The notes under the pieces are model-generated. The model had not been told where the DNA came from and did not search any database. It saw nothing but the letters and a program-made list of their open reading frames with translations. Shown in pieces: positions 18,174 to 28,868 of a stretch of 64,000 bases of DNA. Source of the stretch: a virus. Taxonomy: Duplodnaviria > Heunggongvirae > Uroviricota > Caudoviricetes. The translations under genes and the position numbers were made by a program. Within the stretch, counting starts at the first letter, position 1. Each line of letters starts with the position of its first letter. The stretch covers positions 88,416-152,415 of the IMG/VR virus record IMGVR_UViG_3300021255_002784. One strand, written 5' to 3'.

Positions 18174-18902
18174 TTAAATATCAAAATATACTATTTTACC
18201 ATCTGCACGCTCTCCGAGGTTATCTGAATGAAGATCTCCATAATCAGTAGTCTCATAACCAAGTTCATCAAGTGGTTCGCGAATAGCTCGCATAAAAGCA
18301 ACAGCTTCTTGCTGCTTACTGTTTAATTTGACTCCTTCTAACTTATTATCTTGAATCAAGTGATAGAGTGTATCATCTCCAACATCCTTGTGAAGAGTAT
18401 GAATGATATCCTGACATTTCTTGGTTCGGACTGCTAGACGCTCCATCACCACATATCCTTTACCGATGCGATAAACGCGAGGTAGTACATCGTACTTGCC
18501 AGTCTTACACAGTTCGTAGAACTTCAACAAATGAGCAGGAATGTTTCCTCGTTTGAAACACTTGATAACTTTATCGTTCACGCCATAGGCTATTCCGTCT
18601 TCGCCGACACCCAAAATTTTATCTATTTTCGAACTGGGTAATGAACATAGTTGATTATAAAGAAATCTCAACATAGTTTCATCTACATCCACGTTCATTT
18701 TGTTGAGGTCGGATATAAAATTGATAACAGTATCGTCCAGTACTTGGATGAGTTTGTAATCGCGTTTAACACCGAATCTTTTGTGGAATGCTTTTGCTAC
18801 TTTTCCTGTCCCAGCCACATTTACATAATCACAGAACTCCTCAAAAGTTATTCCAAGGTTGCCGATTGCTGCTTCTAATATGTATTCGTATAAAGATGTC
18901 AT
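18174..18902 (-). CDS. Protein kinase-like (APH/Ser-Thr fold) protein
   Basis: Gly-rich LGVGEDGIAY, VIK lysine, VVMERL hinge, catalytic GDLHSDN, terminal YFDI. Confidence 0.75.
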   Translation of the reverse strand: MTSLYEYILEAAIGNLGITFEEFCDYVNVAGTGKVAKAFHKRFGVKRDYKLIQVLDDTVINFISDLNKMNVDVDETMLRFLYNQLCSLPSSKIDKILGVGEDGIAYGVNDKVIKCFKRGNIPAHLLKFYELCKTGKYDVLPRVYRIGKGYVVMERLAVRTKKCQDIIHTLHKDVGDDTLYHLIQDNKLEGVKLNSKQQEAVAFMRAIREPLDELGYETTDYGDLHSDNLGERADGKIVYFDI

Positions 18903-20584
18903 TATTCAAAAGTTATGATTAGCGGATCGGTTACAGTAGTCAGCTCTTCGCGATCCTTGGAGCTGATGTATGACCATCCTCCCATCAATACCGGGTACTG
19001 TTCATCACTCTCCAGGAAGATGTTTCCGTGCTCGTCCAATCCCAAACCAGGATCCTCGCCTTCATATAGACGAACAGCACGCTCCGTCTTTTTGTACGTA
19101 CCAGTAGAAGGGTCAAATGTAGAAGTCCTCTCTGTGTAACGACCAGTCTTGATTGCTGTTTCGTTAGCTTCACTCAAGAAATACAAATCCACTCCATCCA
19201 CTTCGTCGCAATTATCTTTAATCAATTGGATGATATCAGATTTTGGTACATATATATCACTATTCAAATTAGAGAAAAACTCTCCGATTAGTTTACGAAT
19301 CTTACCTGATACAAAATCTTTATCGTACGCACTGCTTTTGAGTTTGAGATACAAATATAGAGCATACTTTTTGATTTCGGGATCGAATATGTTATAAGAC
19401 ACACCAGCCAACTGACGGCCACTGTTTGTTATGCAATGCGCAATGGAGTCTTTTTGAGCTTGTGTGAGATAAAAATCGTTTTCTTTTAGATTGAAGTAAT
19501 CAGTGCCATCCTTCAATTGAGACTTGTAGTTTCTCATGATGAGCGAGTTGACCACCAAAGAACCCGTTTCTGACCAGGTGCGATTGTATCCACAGAATGA
19601 GAAGCGATTGATGAACGCTTTGTAGTTCTCAGGGCTAGCCAATACCAGAGCGCGCGATGTATAACCAGTCATCTGCTTAACCTGATCGATATCCTCACTG
19701 TATGTGCCACTGGTCACACTGTCGTTAGTGGCTAGTGATATATTAAATACAGCGTTGCCATCAATCTCTTTACCAGATATATCGTGTAGGGGTTTAACGA
19801 ATGCGAATTTAGTGTATTCAGCAGTATCTATATTACCATATTCCCCATCATGTTTGAGGTAGGTTACTTCGATAGTATCCCCATCTCGAAGTGAACGTCC
19901 GTACACATCATTACCGAATCCGAGGATGATACCAGATATAATAGACGTCTTGTAGAACCACTGTTTACCATCAGGTTCCATATCGTACAGACTAGAAGCC
20001 CGTTCCCATTTTTCGTTATTCACTTTGACAGTAATGTAATCCTCATCCACATCCCCATTGAAATCCACATGTTGCAGATAAAGCTTACCACCGGTAGATA
20101 CGTACTTCTGAGTTTCGAACACTCCCTCTACTATATATAGATACTTGCTGGTGTTGTCCTTATCTACCGACAACACAATAGCATCTTGAGGGAGGATGAT
20201 CTGATATTCCAAACCGTTCTGACTGCATACCACACTGGTATGGTTGTCCACAATTACATTCAGGTTCTGCTCGTTAGTAGGTATATAAGAGAGTTTGATC
20301 TGCATGCCAGCCGCCTTACCCAAAGATGGATTGTAACCAGATAACTGTGCGAGTCCATAGATAGACTTTTTGCGGGTAGCGGTGAACTTATTCTGCTCAG
20401 TGAATGCATCCTCTATGTACAAGAGAATATTTTGCACAGTGGTTTCCATGACCGTGATGATCTGACCAAACACTGTGCTGTTGTTATATTTCTGTCCAAA
20501 ATTAGAAAATGTCTTGGATAGATAATTCTTCACTGCATGTGAATAAGACATGTAGCTCATTTCTATGGCGTCAAATATCTTCAT
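18902..20584 (-). CDS. Baseplate wedge protein, T4 gp6/baseplate-J-like
   Basis: FTATRKKSIYGLAQLSGYNP...RALVLASPENY. Confidence 0.75.
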   Translation of the reverse strand: MKIFDAIEMSYMSYSHAVKNYLSKTFSNFGQKYNNSTVFGQIITVMETTVQNILLYIEDAFTEQNKFTATRKKSIYGLAQLSGYNPSLGKAAGMQIKLSYIPTNEQNLNVIVDNHTSVVCSQNGLEYQIILPQDAIVLSVDKDNTSKYLYIVEGVFETQKYVSTGGKLYLQHVDFNGDVDEDYITVKVNNEKWERASSLYDMEPDGKQWFYKTSIISGIILGFGNDVYGRSLRDGDTIEVTYLKHDGEYGNIDTAEYTKFAFVKPLHDISGKEIDGNAVFNISLATNDSVTSGTYSEDIDQVKQMTGYTSRALVLASPENYKAFINRFSFCGYNRTWSETGSLVVNSLIMRNYKSQLKDGTDYFNLKENDFYLTQAQKDSIAHCITNSGRQLAGVSYNIFDPEIKKYALYLYLKLKSSAYDKDFVSGKIRKLIGEFFSNLNSDIYVPKSDIIQLIKDNCDEVDGVDLYFLSEANETAIKTGRYTERTSTFDPSTGTYKKTERAVRLYEGEDPGLGLDEHGNIFLESDEQYPVLMGGWSYISSKDREELTTVTDPLIITFE

Positions 20585-20922
20585 TACTGTATCTTGTATG
20601 TTTTTTCATAATACTCCTCGTCGCGAGATAGACCTATCTTGCAAAGGATAATATCGTTCTGAGTACCTTCCAAAATAGTCACCTCCACATGAGGCACAAA
20701 TCCGAATAGATTCATTTTTCCTAAATCACTCTCAATCTTGTACGCTATAGCAGCGTTAGATGCTTGCATATTAAATAGGAACTGATCATAGTCTGTACCA
20801 AAATCTGGACTTCCCATCAGTTCATGTTTCGCTGTATCAAGCAACAAATCTATCTGCTGAATGATTAAATCAGACTCTTGGTTGATTATAGGCGTCCCTT
20901 CATTTAGATTGAAATCGACCAT
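20584..20922 (-). CDS. Baseplate wedge/sheath initiator, gp25/gpW-like
   Basis: IQQIDLLLDTAKHELMGSPDFGT. Confidence 0.75.
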   Translation of the reverse strand: MVDFNLNEGTPIINQESDLIIQQIDLLLDTAKHELMGSPDFGTDYDQFLFNMQASNAAIAYKIESDLGKMNLFGFVPHVEVTILEGTQNDIILCKIGLSRDEEYYEKTYKIQ

Positions 20923-22448
20923 TATTGTTCGTACGTATATTGACCAGTGGTAACCAATTCGCTATTTTGATCCAGAATGTAATATATACCACTCTGTGCT
21001 TTGTTAGGTAGGTTGGTTCCTACTATTCGGAATATGACTCCGGCCGCAGTTCTTCCGTATTCTACGAATGAAGTCTCTTCAATTTTAATGATGAATGCAT
21101 CCACTTTAGATTTGTACTGATCCAAATTGATACATATTTGTTCTGTAACGGTGGGGTGGATAATCAGATGAGCCAACTCACGTGTGCGGAAGAACACCGG
21201 TTTGATTATGCCTGCCTTATAGTCGTCAGGGCGCTCCACCTGAATGATATTCTGCTGTATCTTATTGACAGCATTGATAGTATAGTTATTCATATTTACT
21301 GCGTCTAAGTATACTTTATCTATAGGATTGTCACCAACAAGATAACTGTATAGTTGTTGAGTGATGATGATAGGATTGGATGTCAAATAGATAAATGCCT
21401 CTTCGTCGCCTTCATGTATGTATATGTTTAAGAATGCTCGGATGTACATACCTTCATGGAACCCAGACCAATTTTCAAATTTAATATCCTCCCGGTTGAT
21501 AGCTTGCCAAGGGGATTCGACTGTCTTTTCTATACTCTTGTACACATTCTCATCATCCTGAACGACAAATTCCATCTTCATGACATATCCATTTATCAGA
21601 TAAGTCTCGCGAATGTATTGATTGAAACCATCCGGTGTTTGTGCATATGAATCATTGTATGCGGGAGAAGTCTTGAACTCCAACAAATCATCATCGTACG
21701 AGTTGACATCACGGTTATCTGATAGATTGAGAGACAAATAATCCGTCACCTCATCGGAAAGGTTGATTGAGTTCTGCCCTCCATGGTAGTTGTCTATTTC
21801 GCGATACACATCAGGCTCGGATTCGATAACAGGGTGTAATGATATATTGATAATAGATCCCGTGTTGTTTAGTTCATCATCGCCTCCGCCTAGACCAAGG
21901 ATAAACGCCAGTGTACATGGTAGATATGATCCATCTCGCGTTTCCGCTTCACCACACACATGCTGGCGGAATCGTTTCCATCGATCGCTATAAACAATGT
22001 CCCATGGGTCTATGATTTTAACATTGAGGTATTCGTAGTAATCTTCGTTGGCGAATTTACGAATAGTGTCCGCGGCCACCACGTCATTGCGATCAATTAT
22101 ATAGTTACCTAAATAAACGATATGCCCATGGATCCAGGTGTTGATAGTCAAAGCATACTTGACATTTTTTTCATATGTCTCAACAGAGAAGCGCGGAAAA
22201 TAAATATTGACCGACGATACATCATACACAGACGGCATATAGTCGTGTGTAATAGAGTGATTCTCAACACGATACCATTCATTGTTATGGCGTTGTATAC
22301 ACTCTTCGGATTCCACGATATCCACGTCGCCGTTTTCATTTACTGAATACCGGTAATCATTGTCAGCCATTTCGGCATTATCAAAGTATTCAATAAAGTA
22401 TTTCATCTGGCCGTATGGGCTGGTAATATTTATGTTGGTATGCTTCAT
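20922..22448 (-). CDS. Hypothetical structural protein
   Basis: First gene of the baseplate operon; beta-rich C-terminus. Confidence 0.45.
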   Translation of the reverse strand: MKHTNINITSPYGQMKYFIEYFDNAEMADNDYRYSVNENGDVDIVESEECIQRHNNEWYRVENHSITHDYMPSVYDVSSVNIYFPRFSVETYEKNVKYALTINTWIHGHIVYLGNYIIDRNDVVAADTIRKFANEDYYEYLNVKIIDPWDIVYSDRWKRFRQHVCGEAETRDGSYLPCTLAFILGLGGGDDELNNTGSIINISLHPVIESEPDVYREIDNYHGGQNSINLSDEVTDYLSLNLSDNRDVNSYDDDLLEFKTSPAYNDSYAQTPDGFNQYIRETYLINGYVMKMEFVVQDDENVYKSIEKTVESPWQAINREDIKFENWSGFHEGMYIRAFLNIYIHEGDEEAFIYLTSNPIIITQQLYSYLVGDNPIDKVYLDAVNMNNYTINAVNKIQQNIIQVERPDDYKAGIIKPVFFRTRELAHLIIHPTVTEQICINLDQYKSKVDAFIIKIEETSFVEYGRTAAGVIFRIVGTNLPNKAQSGIYYILDQNSELVTTGQYTYEQ

Positions 22449-22543
22449 TAGATATATAATAAATAGCAAAATCAAAATAGGGTATAAACCAATGACGGTT
22501 TTCTTATATATTTATATGAAAGAATTCATAAATCAATTCGATT

Positions 22544-25486
22544 ATGATATTAGACTACAAATACATTAAGAAACAACACAAGTTGTCTGTATCGTATGTG
22601 AACGAGCAAGGTATGAAGTCAATTATTGATTTCGATGTCGATAAGTTCAAGACGTATTACAAGACACCTAAGGGAAAGTTCCTTAACTGGGACGGTAGCA
22701 GTTGTGATGAGAAGTACACCTCCGACCCTTCCAAATTTGATATCCGCACATTCTTTCAAGAGCTCGATCCTAAGTACAAAGCATTGTTTCAGGGTAAGAC
22801 TAATCCAAAACTGTACACGTTTGATATTGAGACGAAATTGCGGGATGATCGAGAGTTCACTGAGCCTAGTATAGCTGATCAGCCTATCCTAACTATATCT
22901 ATTGTAGCTCCGGATCTGAAAGCAGTCGTACTAGGAACGAAAGACATGGATGAACTAGGCCGAGATTGGGTCTCTAAAGAGTTCACGAAGTATCTTAATG
23001 ATACTGCGTTCTTCCACACATTAGGATTGCCGATGCCAACGATCAGGTATATCAAGTTTGATACTGAGAAGGATATGCTTGAGTACTTCTTAAAATGCAT
23101 CGTGTCGCAGGTACCAGTACTTAGTGGATGGAACTGTATTGGATATGACTGGCAGTACATCACTTCGCGTATTCGCAACTACTATCCGGAATTGAGTGTG
23201 ACTCTCTCCAGCGTATCACATCAGGTCACCAACCGGAACTTTACAGATTTCAAAGGTGAGAAGTTCTCATTACCAATGCCTCTTCACACGCCTATCATTG
23301 ATATGATGGATGTAATGGAGTTCGACCTAGCCGTCATGCCCATCAAAGAGAGTTATAACTTGGATTACATCGCCAGTGAAACACCGGGTCTAGGCATCCA
23401 CAAGATCGAGTATGATGGCGACTTGCAATTGCTGTACGAACGAGACTTTCCGCGGTATGTTTTCTACAACGCCATTGATAGTGTGCTGGTTCAGTTGATT
23501 AACTATCGATACAAGACGCTGGACACCATGTACATGCAAGCCTTATATTGTGGAACCAAGATTCAAGACCCATTCTCCAAGATAGCAGTCAGTGAGGCAC
23601 TAGCCTGGAACGACTTCTACGAACACGGATACAAAGTGGTATACGAAGAGGATTACGGTGAGGAACGTGGATATCTTCAAGGCGCTTATGTCAAACAGCC
23701 AGTACCCGGCAAATGGGACTTCATCACTTGCAATGACTTTGCATCACTGTATCCAAGCACAATTATCACTTGCAACATATCCTTTGAAAATTTTGTAGGA
23801 GCGTTTTATGACGAGGAGAAGTTAGCACCTTATCGAGATAAACCCGAGTACCTTGTGGCTGGTTCGTCTGTGTATATAAATAAAGGTACCGCGAAGATTC
23901 CTGAGTGGAAGTTCATAGCATCTTATCCGGATCATAAAGCACTGGAACCATATCGTAAGGATCCGAGTTACTTTGTTAGTGTCAATGGGCACGTATATAA
24001 GAACGATAAAGACTACTCATTTAAGCGCATTCAAGCGAAACTGAAAGCAACACGTAATGTCAGCAAGTACTTGTCCAAACAGTTGGATGCTATTGTGATG
24101 TTGGATGTTGAACACATCCTTAAGAAACGCAAACCAAGCGGTACACCATATCCAGATAACATCCGGGAGGCGCTAGTCGAGATGGGGTACAATATTCGTT
24201 CGAGTGAAGAAATAGAGGTTATGTCACTGGATGAACTGAATGAATTCAAATCCAAACTGAAGATGTCTATTGACTTCTATGCTTGCAAAGAACAGGCTAT
24301 GAAATTGTTGGGTAATAGTATGTACGGTGGTAGTAGCCATGTAGCATTCTATTGGTTCAATATCGATCTGGCACGTGACATTACAGGCGAAGCACGTAAC
24401 CTAATCCATTTGATGGAGAAACATCTTCCTGAGTTTTGGGATCAAAACTGGAGCAAGATGTATGAATGGCATAATAAATGGGGATTCACGGTTGACAAGA
24501 AAAAGGTGCAAGACATTCTCGATTCGGGTGAGCACATGATCACGGTAGTGTATGGAGATACGGATTCGCTCTATATATCTTATGCAAAACTATTAAGCAC
24601 CATCAATGAGTTCAATGGAATGTCAGAGCGTGAGAAACTGGACGTTATCGTTCATATCAACACGGACTTCCTTAACGACCACAACAAATCCTATATGGAG
24701 AAGTACTATGGTGATCGACACGTTAAGTCCATCCATGACTTTGAGTTGGAGACAGTAGCGCTATCTGGTCTTTGGTTGAATGTCAAAAAAAGATATTGTC
24801 AAATTCTATTGTGGAAGGATGGCAAGTATTTCGATGCCGATTCGCTTCCACTCAAGGTAAAGGGATTGGAAATGGTTAAATCCAGCTATCCAAAGTTTGA
24901 TCGTGAGGCATTGAAACGAGTAGTACGGGGTATCCTAGAAGCACGTGATCAAAAGGACCTTTGGGCCTATACCAACATACTTGTTCAGCAAGAGAAGATG
25001 AAACATCACCAATCTGATATGGATGATATCTGTGCAGCACTGGGTGTCAATGGTTATACCAAATATATCATTACTGAAGAAGATTGGCAACGTGATCCAA
25101 AACACTGTCAACGCACAGCGATAGATGCATATGGCACCGTATTGTACACCGCGCCAAAATGTCCGGCTAACGTGCGAGCACTGGGTGATTACAACATGAT
25201 AAGAGAAGCGCACGGACTATCTGGTGATCCTATATACGGAGGTAAAGTCAAGTTGTATCTGTACAATATACCAGGTAGTGGTAAAAACGCATCCCCACTT
25301 CCATTTGCATTCCAAAGTAAAAATTATCCAAAATGGGCTGCGCAATATGCACCCATCGACAAAAATGCAATGTTTCAAAAGTATTTTTTGGACCCACTGA
25401 ACAGAATTTGTAGAGACTCAATGGGATTCAAACCGTTCCTGGTTGACGGAAGTCAACAGATGGATCTGTTTGCAGGACTATTCTGA
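22544..25486 (+). CDS. polB: Family B DNA polymerase (T4 gp43-like)
   Basis: Exo motifs FDIET, GWNCIGYD, YNAID; polymerase motifs DFASLYPS, KLLGNSMYG, YGDTDS. Confidence 0.97.
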   Translation: MILDYKYIKKQHKLSVSYVNEQGMKSIIDFDVDKFKTYYKTPKGKFLNWDGSSCDEKYTSDPSKFDIRTFFQELDPKYKALFQGKTNPKLYTFDIETKLRDDREFTEPSIADQPILTISIVAPDLKAVVLGTKDMDELGRDWVSKEFTKYLNDTAFFHTLGLPMPTIRYIKFDTEKDMLEYFLKCIVSQVPVLSGWNCIGYDWQYITSRIRNYYPELSVTLSSVSHQVTNRNFTDFKGEKFSLPMPLHTPIIDMMDVMEFDLAVMPIKESYNLDYIASETPGLGIHKIEYDGDLQLLYERDFPRYVFYNAIDSVLVQLINYRYKTLDTMYMQALYCGTKIQDPFSKIAVSEALAWNDFYEHGYKVVYEEDYGEERGYLQGAYVKQPVPGKWDFITCNDFASLYPSTIITCNISFENFVGAFYDEEKLAPYRDKPEYLVAGSSVYINKGTAKIPEWKFIASYPDHKALEPYRKDPSYFVSVNGHVYKNDKDYSFKRIQAKLKATRNVSKYLSKQLDAIVMLDVEHILKKRKPSGTPYPDNIREALVEMGYNIRSSEEIEVMSLDELNEFKSKLKMSIDFYACKEQAMKLLGNSMYGGSSHVAFYWFNIDLARDITGEARNLIHLMEKHLPEFWDQNWSKMYEWHNKWGFTVDKKKVQDILDSGEHMITVVYGDTDSLYISYAKLLSTINEFNGMSEREKLDVIVHINTDFLNDHNKSYMEKYYGDRHVKSIHDFELETVALSGLWLNVKKRYCQILLWKDGKYFDADSLPLKVKGLEMVKSSYPKFDREALKRVVRGILEARDQKDLWAYTNILVQQEKMKHHQSDMDDICAALGVNGYTKYIITEEDWQRDPKHCQRTAIDAYGTVLYTAPKCPANVRALGDYNMIREAHGLSGDPIYGGKVKLYLYNIPGSGKNASPLPFAFQSKNYPKWAAQYAPIDKNAMFQKYFLDPLNRICRDSMGFKPFLVDGSQQMDLFAGLF

Positions 25487-25526
25487 TAAAAAATCTGTTT
25501 CGTTTCACAAAAAATAAGGAGGATAT

Positions 25527-25562
25527 CACTAAAGATTTCTCCTTGTTTTTATATATTTATAC
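25527..25562 (+). promoter_or_regulatory. Putative phage promoter CACTAAA-N17-ATATATTTATAC
   Basis: Same motif family as 8435 and 10730. Confidence 0.55.
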
Positions 25563-25587
25563 ATAAGAACATTAAACCCATTACACT

Positions 25588-25962
25588 ATGAACAAACCTA
25601 TGAAAGGACATTGTATCTGGGAGAAGTACGAACGATACTCACAAGGAGCGATTTTCAAAGCAGAGTTTACGGCTCGTGACCTTTATGAGGTGATGCGTAA
25701 AGTGGTGGATCATCTCCGCACATACATTGAAGATGACTGCTTTGAAAAACCCGGAAATGATTGGGATGATGATTTGGAATACAACTTCTGGCTTCCAGAA
25801 AATGCCACTCAGGAAGAACGCGATGAGATGGGTCTCAGAATTTTGAATATGATCATAGATAACAACGGAGATGGGTGTGATTTTATCACATTGCTGGAAT
25901 GGAACGGAGAGAAACTCATTGAAGAAGAACAGGAATTGGATAACGAACAAAACTGGGGATAA
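25588..25962 (+). CDS. Hypothetical acidic protein
   Basis: ORF downstream of the promoter motif. Confidence 0.55.
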   Translation: MNKPMKGHCIWEKYERYSQGAIFKAEFTARDLYEVMRKVVDHLRTYIEDDCFEKPGNDWDDDLEYNFWLPENATQEERDEMGLRILNMIIDNNGDGCDFITLLEWNGEKLIEEEQELDNEQNWG

Positions 25963-25982
25963 CAATCAAATTTTATAACAAT

Positions 25983-26552
25983 ATGGTAACATTGTCACAC
26001 ATTTTCTTATCATTCTTGGCCTTGCTGATGATAGTTGGCATCCTATCATTGGTAATCATTGGAGGATCAACGAAGATTACTCTATTTCAGTATTTGTATC
26101 TCAGATTCTTCGCTGAGAGAAAAGACTGGCGCAACTATGTCGATATGAACAAGTACATCAATTCAGGTCACTCTATTCCTATCATGGAACTACATGATTT
26201 TGTTCATTTGAGGTGTGATCCGTCTATGAAAGAAAAATACTCAGAGTTCATATCGCACAATCCTTATTACTTCCTGATATTCGACGAATCCGGTAAGCCT
26301 GAGTTGTGCGGATATCGTGCGAATATAATGGAGGATAGAGACATCATATTCTCAGCATTCTACCAAAAGTTGTGTCTGAAGATGGCTGGTGAAATGGGAT
26401 ATACCTACGACGAGTTATGCACTATGCTGAAGGATGGTTTGGCGCGTAACAAAAACAGACGTATGGAAAACGCTCGCAGGATAAAGGAACTTGAATCTTC
26501 GTTGGCTTCGCTGAAAAAGGACCAGGAACATTTGAATGAAAAAACAGAATAA
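25983..26552 (+). CDS. Hypothetical membrane-anchored protein
   Basis: N-terminal hydrophobic segment, C-terminal coiled coil. Confidence 0.55.
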   Translation: MVTLSHIFLSFLALLMIVGILSLVIIGGSTKITLFQYLYLRFFAERKDWRNYVDMNKYINSGHSIPIMELHDFVHLRCDPSMKEKYSEFISHNPYYFLIFDESGKPELCGYRANIMEDRDIIFSAFYQKLCLKMAGEMGYTYDELCTMLKDGLARNKNRRMENARRIKELESSLASLKKDQEHLNEKTE

Positions 26553-26561
26553 CACATCAAT

Positions 26562-26864
26562 ATGAAAACAGACAAAGTATTCATTGTAAACACGGATCAA
26601 GGGCCACGTGTTGTCACACCAGGAGTGATTGAGAAGGAAATTCTCTCTGCATATCCGAAAGATGCTCCAAAAATAAAAGCAAAAGAGGTTGTATCCTATG
26701 CACAAGATCTCGCATCAGAACTGATAGGTCAAGCGATTAGTGATGATCTGTTTGCCCAACATATCCATGCGGCAACTGAAGCATTGGCAGGATTCTCTGT
26801 ATTAACACCGTTCAAATATGGTAAGATGCTGAATCAAATGTTGAATCAACAAAATTCATTCTGA
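26562..26864 (+). CDS. Hypothetical protein
   Basis: Coupled ORF. Confidence 0.55.
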   Translation: MKTDKVFIVNTDQGPRVVTPGVIEKEILSAYPKDAPKIKAKEVVSYAQDLASELIGQAISDDLFAQHIHAATEALAGFSVLTPFKYGKMLNQMLNQQNSF

Positions 26865-26867
26865 TCT

Positions 26868-27383
26868 ATGCAGTTAACAGGCAAGCAAATAGTTGAACGA
26901 GGAATCGTTACCGGCGCAATCATCGAAGGAATCCAGCAACAAGGTATCGATGTAAGACTTCGAGACGTAGTTTCATTCGCGCCAGGTATCAACGGGTCGC
27001 CCGGAATTGTTCCGGCAATAGGCAAGACCACTCTTCGCAGTCGTGCCAGTATCCCGACTAATATGGATCGGGGACCACAAGGAGCATGGTACTTGGAACC
27101 CGGTTACTACGAAGTGATCGTAGAAGAGGGTTGTAAGATGCCAAACAATGCTGCTATGGTGTTCATTTCACGAAGCTCGATGGTACGCAACGGTGCAATT
27201 ATCCATTGTGGGCAATTCGATGCAGGATTCGAAACGGAACATATGGGGTTCTTCATGCAAGTACTTTTCCCAATCATTATTGAGAAGGGTGCTCGTATTG
27301 CACAGACTCGAATATTTGAGACAGCTCCGGTAGACAACCTCTATCAGGGTCAGTGGCAAAACGATAAACAGCGTGCACAATGA
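26868..27383 (+). CDS. dcd: dCTP deaminase / trimeric dUTPase family
   Basis: QQQGIDVRL, LEPGYY, SRSSMVRNG, FDAGF, KGARIAQ, YQGQWQ. Confidence 0.8.
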   Translation: MQLTGKQIVERGIVTGAIIEGIQQQGIDVRLRDVVSFAPGINGSPGIVPAIGKTTLRSRASIPTNMDRGPQGAWYLEPGYYEVIVEEGCKMPNNAAMVFISRSSMVRNGAIIHCGQFDAGFETEHMGFFMQVLFPIIIEKGARIAQTRIFETAPVDNLYQGQWQNDKQRAQ

Positions 27384-27562
27384 ACTGGAAACAATTTCGC
27401 GAACTGACCAAAGACGTCCCAGACAATGAAGAGGTGTTTTTCGATGTAATCATTGGACACAGATATTTCTGCTTAGTAGTCGATGAACAAAAGACTCGCG
27501 CCAGCATGACAAACGATAACACAATCATTCTAAAAGAAATTGAATATGACAAAGAAAACTAA
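27380..27562 (+). CDS. Hypothetical protein
   Basis: ATGA-coupled ORF. Confidence 0.5.
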   Translation: MNWKQFRELTKDVPDNEEVFFDVIIGHRYFCLVVDEQKTRASMTNDNTIILKEIEYDKEN

Positions 27563-27938
27563 AAAGGCAGCAACAGATCTGTCAAACATCTACAAGATTG
27601 ATGAGGTAAAAGGTCTCGTCAAGTACACGGTAAAATGTCACGGCCACTACTTTACAGGTCGCGCACAAGTCAATCGAGACTCGGGTGATGTATTCGATGT
27701 TGAGAAAGGTAAACGCCTTGCAAAACTCCGCGCACTTCTGAAGATGAAACGCGCACAACTGGCTGAATTGATTGAGATTCAGACTCTGGTTCGCCAAATC
27801 GCTGAATCCGAACAGAAGATCACTGAAGAGGTAGCTATCTTCACCGACAGTGTATGTCGTTTGGAGGCCAAGCTCAATGAGGAACTTGGTATTGCACCAA
27901 CAGAAGAACCAGTAGACGTTCCTCATACCGCGAAATAA
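27546..27938 (+). CDS. Hypothetical protein
   Basis: FTGRAQVNRDSGDVFDVEKGKRLAKLRA resembles phage G.A.C...D.FD...G..IA proteins. Confidence 0.55.
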   Translation: MTKKTKKAATDLSNIYKIDEVKGLVKYTVKCHGHYFTGRAQVNRDSGDVFDVEKGKRLAKLRALLKMKRAQLAELIEIQTLVRQIAESEQKITEEVAIFTDSVCRLEAKLNEELGIAPTEEPVDVPHTAK

Positions 27939-27950
27939 AAACAATCTCGC

Positions 27951-28478
27951 ATGAAAACACGAGAACAGGCATATAAGGACATCAGGCAGGCACATTTCCT
28001 GCTTGTTTGTCCTCATTGTGGTACTGAGTTGGTCGTTCCTCATAGTGAACTGAAATGCGAACTATATAAGCCGCACAAAAAAGCCTATGTGTATTGGCAA
28101 GGAGGTATGGATGACACGCACAAACACATCGGCGAACGGATGGTATCCAGTGATATCAAGAAGGATGTCTACAAGGATATCAAATGCTGCAATTGTGGAC
28201 ATATTTGGAATGAAAATGTTTTGCATGTACTGAAAAACTGTCGTTGCAATGCAGACGGCCTACGAACTCAGGTGATCGAGTTGTCCGAAGCAGAGACAAA
28301 AAAGGCAGAAGCGTTCATGCAGGAGCACCTTCATAAATGTTGCCCGAGCAAACCATTTACAACATTAGGTATGCAATTCACGTACACGATCACCCCCGGA
28401 GGGTTAGGATCGATGGTAAGTATCAAATGCAATGCCTGTGGCGAAACTGAAGACATCACTTGTACAGAAGATTGGTAA
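27951..28478 (+). CDS. Zinc-ribbon protein
   Basis: CPHC, CCNC, CNAC; GGLGSMVSIKCNACGETEDIT. Confidence 0.6.
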   Translation: MKTREQAYKDIRQAHFLLVCPHCGTELVVPHSELKCELYKPHKKAYVYWQGGMDDTHKHIGERMVSSDIKKDVYKDIKCCNCGHIWNENVLHVLKNCRCNADGLRTQVIELSEAETKKAEAFMQEHLHKCCPSKPFTTLGMQFTYTITPGGLGSMVSIKCNACGETEDITCTEDW

Positions 28479-28479
28479 T

Positions 28480-28617
28480 ATGGAAGATTCTGATTTTGAA
28501 GTATATGACCGCAGAGGTCGTTATGAAGGATTTGGTGCATTCATGTGGTTGTGCATCATTGTGTTATTCGGATTAGTGGTAACCGTAGGTGCTGCTTTAA
28601 TACATGTATTTTGTTGA
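28480..28617 (+). CDS. Small membrane protein
   Basis: Single TM segment. Confidence 0.45.
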   Translation: MEDSDFEVYDRRGRYEGFGAFMWLCIIVLFGLVVTVGAALIHVFC

Positions 28618-28619
28618 GT

Positions 28620-28832
28620 ATGAAAGTAAGGGTTCCGCACACACTGTATAAGGATCATGAAATGTACACGTTATTCATTGATTATGCTCCTCACAAAGAA
28701 AAAAGGCATCTTTGGCAGATAACCTATGTAGGGGATCACGGTATCCTCTTCAAGGAGGAGGACAAAGAATTACGTGTATTGGAAGACAAGGTGTTCGAAT
28801 TTATCAAAATGAACAATCTTGAATACGAATAA
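28620..28832 (+). CDS. Hypothetical protein
   Basis: Coupled ORF followed by a terminator. Confidence 0.45.
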   Translation: MKVRVPHTLYKDHEMYTLFIDYAPHKEKRHLWQITYVGDHGILFKEEDKELRVLEDKVFEFIKMNNLEYE

Positions 28833-28857
28833 AGAGCAGGATAGATTCCTGCTTTTT
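28831..28857 (+). terminator. Intrinsic terminator
   Basis: AAAGAGCAGGA-TAGAT-TCCTGCTTTTT. Confidence 0.7.
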
Positions 28858-28868
28858 ATTATATATAC

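Noticed and set aside
22544-25486. Intein in DNA polymerase
   Set aside because: No C/S...HN-C/S/T boundaries; catalytic motifs are contiguous.
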